Positions 61,055-64,000 of a stretch of 64,000 bases of DNA are shown here, one piece after another. The first letter of the stretch is position 1. The number at the start of each line of letters is the position of its first letter. The stretch is from Pristiophorus japonicus (taxonomy: Eukaryota). A model generated the notes under the pieces. It did no database searches and was not told where the DNA came from. It was given only the letters and a program-made list of their open reading frames with translations. The position numbers and the translations under genes are program-made. Where the stretch lies: NCBI RefSeq assembly GCF_044704955.1, contig NC_091997.1:15190001-15254000 (forward strand), given 5' to 3'.

Positions 61055-62040
61055 ATGGGAGGAGAGCTCAGACACGTGTTATGCTCCTCCTGTACTATGT
61101 GGGAAGTCAGGGACGCTTCCAGTGTCCCTGACGACTACATATGCGGGAAGTGTATCCGGCTGCAGCTCCTGACAGACTGCATTGCGGCACTGGAGCTGTG
61201 GGTGGATTCACTCTGGAGCATCCACAATGCTGAGAATGACGTGGATAGCATGTTTAGTGAGTTGGCCTTACTGGAGGTAAAGGTTAGACAACCAGATTGG
61301 GGATGGATGACCAACAGGAAGAGCCGTGGAAGGAAGGTAGTGCAGGGGTCTCCTGCGGTCATCCCCCTGCAAAACAGATACACCGCTTTGGGTACTGTTG
61401 AGGGGGATGACTCATCAGGGGAGGGCAACAGCAGCCAAGTCCATGGCACCGTGGGTGGCTCTGCTGCACAGGAGGGCAGGAAAAAGAGTGGGAGAGCTAT
61501 AGTGATAGGGGATTCTACTGTAAGGGGAATCGATAGACGTTTCTGTGACTGCAACCGAGACTCCAGGATGGTATGTTGCCTCCCTGGTGCAAGGGTCAAG
61601 GATGTCTTGGAGCGGGTGCAGGACATTTTGAAGGGGGAGGGTAAACAGCCAGTTGTCATGGTGCATATAGGTACCAACAATATAGGTAAAAAAACGGGAT
61701 GAGGTCCAACAAGATGAATTTAGGGAGCTAGGAACTAAATTAAAAAGTAGGACCTCAAAAATAGTAATCTCAGGATTGCTACCAGTGCCACATGCTAGTC
61801 AGAGTAGGAATCGCAGGATAGCTCAGATGAATACGTGGCTTAAGGAGTGGTGCAGAAGGGAGGGATTAAAATTCCTGAGACATTGGAACTGGTTCTGGGG
61901 AGGTGGGACCAGTACAAACCGGACAGTCTGCACCTGGGCAGGACCAGAACCAATGTCCTAAGGGGAGTGTTTGCGAGTGCTGTTGGGGAGGGGTCAAACT
62001 AATATGGCAGGGGGATGGGAAATTATGCAGGGAGACAGGG
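61055..62040 (+). pseudogene. CR1 ORF1p: N-terminal zinc finger plus SGNH/GDSL esterase-like domain, frameshifted
   Basis: CSSC...CGKC; VIGDS, CLPGA, HIGTNN blocks; +1 frameshift in an A7 run at 61688-61694; DSLHL (DxxH) near 61922. Confidence 0.9.
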
Positions 62041-62179
62041 TGAAGTAGAATGGGGGCAAGAGCAAAAGATAGAAAGAAGAAAAGTAAAAGTGGAGGGCAG
62101 AGAAACCCAAGGCAAAAAGCAAAAAGGGCCACATTACAGCAAAATTCTAAAGGGGCAAAGGGTGTTAAAAAGACAAGCC

Positions 62180-64000
62180 TGAAGGCTCTGTGCCTCAATG
62201 CGAGGAGTATTCGGAATAAGGTGGACAAATTAACTGCGCAGATAGCAGTTAATGGTGCATATAGGTACCAACGATATAGGTAAAAAAACGGGATGAGGTC
62301 CTACAAGATGAATTTAGGGAGCTCGGAACTAAATTAAAAAGTAGGACCTCAAAAATAGTAATCTCAGGATTGCTACCTGTGCCACATGCTAGTCAGAGTA
62401 GGAATCGCAGGATATGATGTAATTGGCATCACGGAGACATGGCTCCAGGGTGATCAAAGCTGGGAACTCAACATCCATGGGTATTCAACATTTAGGAAGG
62501 ATAGACAGAAAGGAAAAGGAGGTGGGGTGGTGTTGCTGGTTAAAGAGGAAATGAATGCAATACTAAGGAACGACATTAGCTTGGCTGATGTGGAATCTGT
62601 ATGGGTGGAGCTACGAAATACCAAAGGGCAGAAAACGCTGGTGGGAGTTGTGTACAGACCAACAAACAGTCGTAATGAGGATGGGGACAGCATCAAACAA
62701 GGAATTAGGGATGCGTGCAATAAAGGTACAGCAGTTATCATGGGCAACTTTAATCTACATATTTACTGGGCTAATGAAACTAGTAGCAATGCGGTGGAGG
62801 AGGATTTCCTGGAATGTATTATGGATGGTTTTCTAGACCAATATGTCGAGGAACCAACTAGAGGGCTGGCCATCCTAGACTGGGTGATGTGTAATGAGAA
62901 AAGACTAATTAACAATCTTGTTGTGTGAGGCCCCTTGGGGAAGAGTGACCATAATATGGTAGAATTCTTTATTAAGATGGAGAGTGACACAGTTAATTCA
63001 GAGACTAGGGTCCTGAACTGGGGGAAAGGTAACTTCGATGGTATGAGACATGAATTGGCTAGAATAGACTGGCCGAGTGATACTTAAAGGGTTGACGGTG
63101 GATAGGCAATGGCAAACATTTAAAGATCACATGGATGAACTTCAACAATTGTACATCCCTGACTGGAGTAAAAATAAAATGGGGACGGTGGCTGAACCGT
63201 GGCTAACAAGGGAAATTAAGGATAGTGTTAAATCCAAGGAAGAGGCATATAAATTGGCCAGAAAAAGCAGCAAACCTGAGGACTGGGAGAATTTTGTAAT
63301 ACAGCAGAGGAGGACAAATAGTTTAATTAGGAGGGGGAAAATAGAGTATGAGAGAAAGCTTGCTGGGAACATAAAATCTGACTGCAAAAGCTTCTATAGA
63401 TATGTGAAGAGAAAAAGATTAGTGAAGACAAACATAGGTCCCTTGCAGTCAGATTCAGGTGAATTTATAATGGGGAACAAAGAAATGGTGGACCAGTTAA
63501 ACAAATACTTTGGTTCTGTCTTCACGAAGGAAGACACAAATAACCTTCCAGAAATACTAGGGGACCGAGGGTCAAGTGAGAAGGAGGAACTGAAGGATAT
63601 CCTTACAAAGGGGGAAATTGTGTTCGGGAAATTGATGGGATTGAAGGCCGATAAATCCGCGGGGCCTGATGGTCTGCATCCCAGAGTACTTAAGGAAGTG
63701 GCCCTGGAAATAGTGGATGCATTGGTGATCATTTTCCAAAAGTCTATCGACTCTGGATCAGTTCCCATGGACTGGAGGGTAGCTAATGTAACACCAGTGT
63801 TTAAAAAAGAAGGGAGAGAGAAAACGGGTAATTACAGACCAGTTAGCCTGACATCAGTAGTGGGGAAAATGTTGGAATCAATTATTAAAGATGAAATAGC
63901 AGCACATTTGGAAAGCAGTGACAGGATCGGTCCAAGTCAGCATGGATTTATGAAAGGGAAATCCTGCTTGACAAATCTTCTGGAATCTTTTGAGAATATA
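62180..64000 (+). pseudogene. CR1 ORF2p (APE endonuclease plus start of RT), disrupted
   Basis: ORF 62386-62928 GYDVIGITETW...; stop at 62926-62928; later [23 protein letters not shown]. Confidence 0.9.

Larger units (their letters stand above)
60640..64000 (+). mobile_element. CR1-clade LINE with 5' end (5' UTR, ORF1, start of ORF2), continues off right edge
   Basis: UTR with TATAAA, E-boxes and a CRE; ORF1 from 61055; ORF2 APE (LNARSIRNK, ITETW, GGGV, VYRP, SDH) and RT start (NYRPVSLTS, QHGF); several stops and frameshifts. Confidence 0.95.

Overview
Eukaryotic, repeat-dense genomic DNA. The repeat content (CR1 LINEs with 8-bp microsatellite tails, SacSINE1-like DeuSINEs, RTE LINEs, Mag-type Gypsy elements, many PIF/Harbinger MITEs) points to a cartilaginous fish, probably a shark; this is inference. 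I cannot support any intact host protein-coding gene, rRNA, tRNA or CRISPR array. Most long ORFs are decayed transposon ORFs or their antisense shadows. Main contents: (1) a partial Gypsy element (1-2822) with a MITE inserted in its gag zinc knuckle; (2) a full-length but frameshifted Gypsy element (42703-47389, paired LTRs, TGCAA TSD, tRNA-Ser-type PBS) inserted into the RT active-site codons of a CR1, plus a related solo LTR; (3) about 15 CR1 fragments and one CR1 with its 5' end (promoter-like UTR, zinc-finger/SGNH-esterase ORF1, APE-RT ORF2) running off the right edge; (4) an RTE LINE with a twin-priming-type 5' inversion nested in a DeuSINE; (5) decayed Harbinger transposase and intron-containing Myb/SANT partner genes; (6) more than 15 Harbinger-type MITEs sharing an internal CRE-like/TTAAA module. 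The most unusual features are products of template switching: a perfect 52-bp hairpin in an RTE tail, a 163-bp ORF1 segment copied into CR1 ORF2, and the inverted RTE. There is also a degenerate 24-bp minisatellite and a strong CTCF-like motif in a repeat-poor island. Coordinates were read by eye; boundaries without a stated TSD or TIR are approximate.
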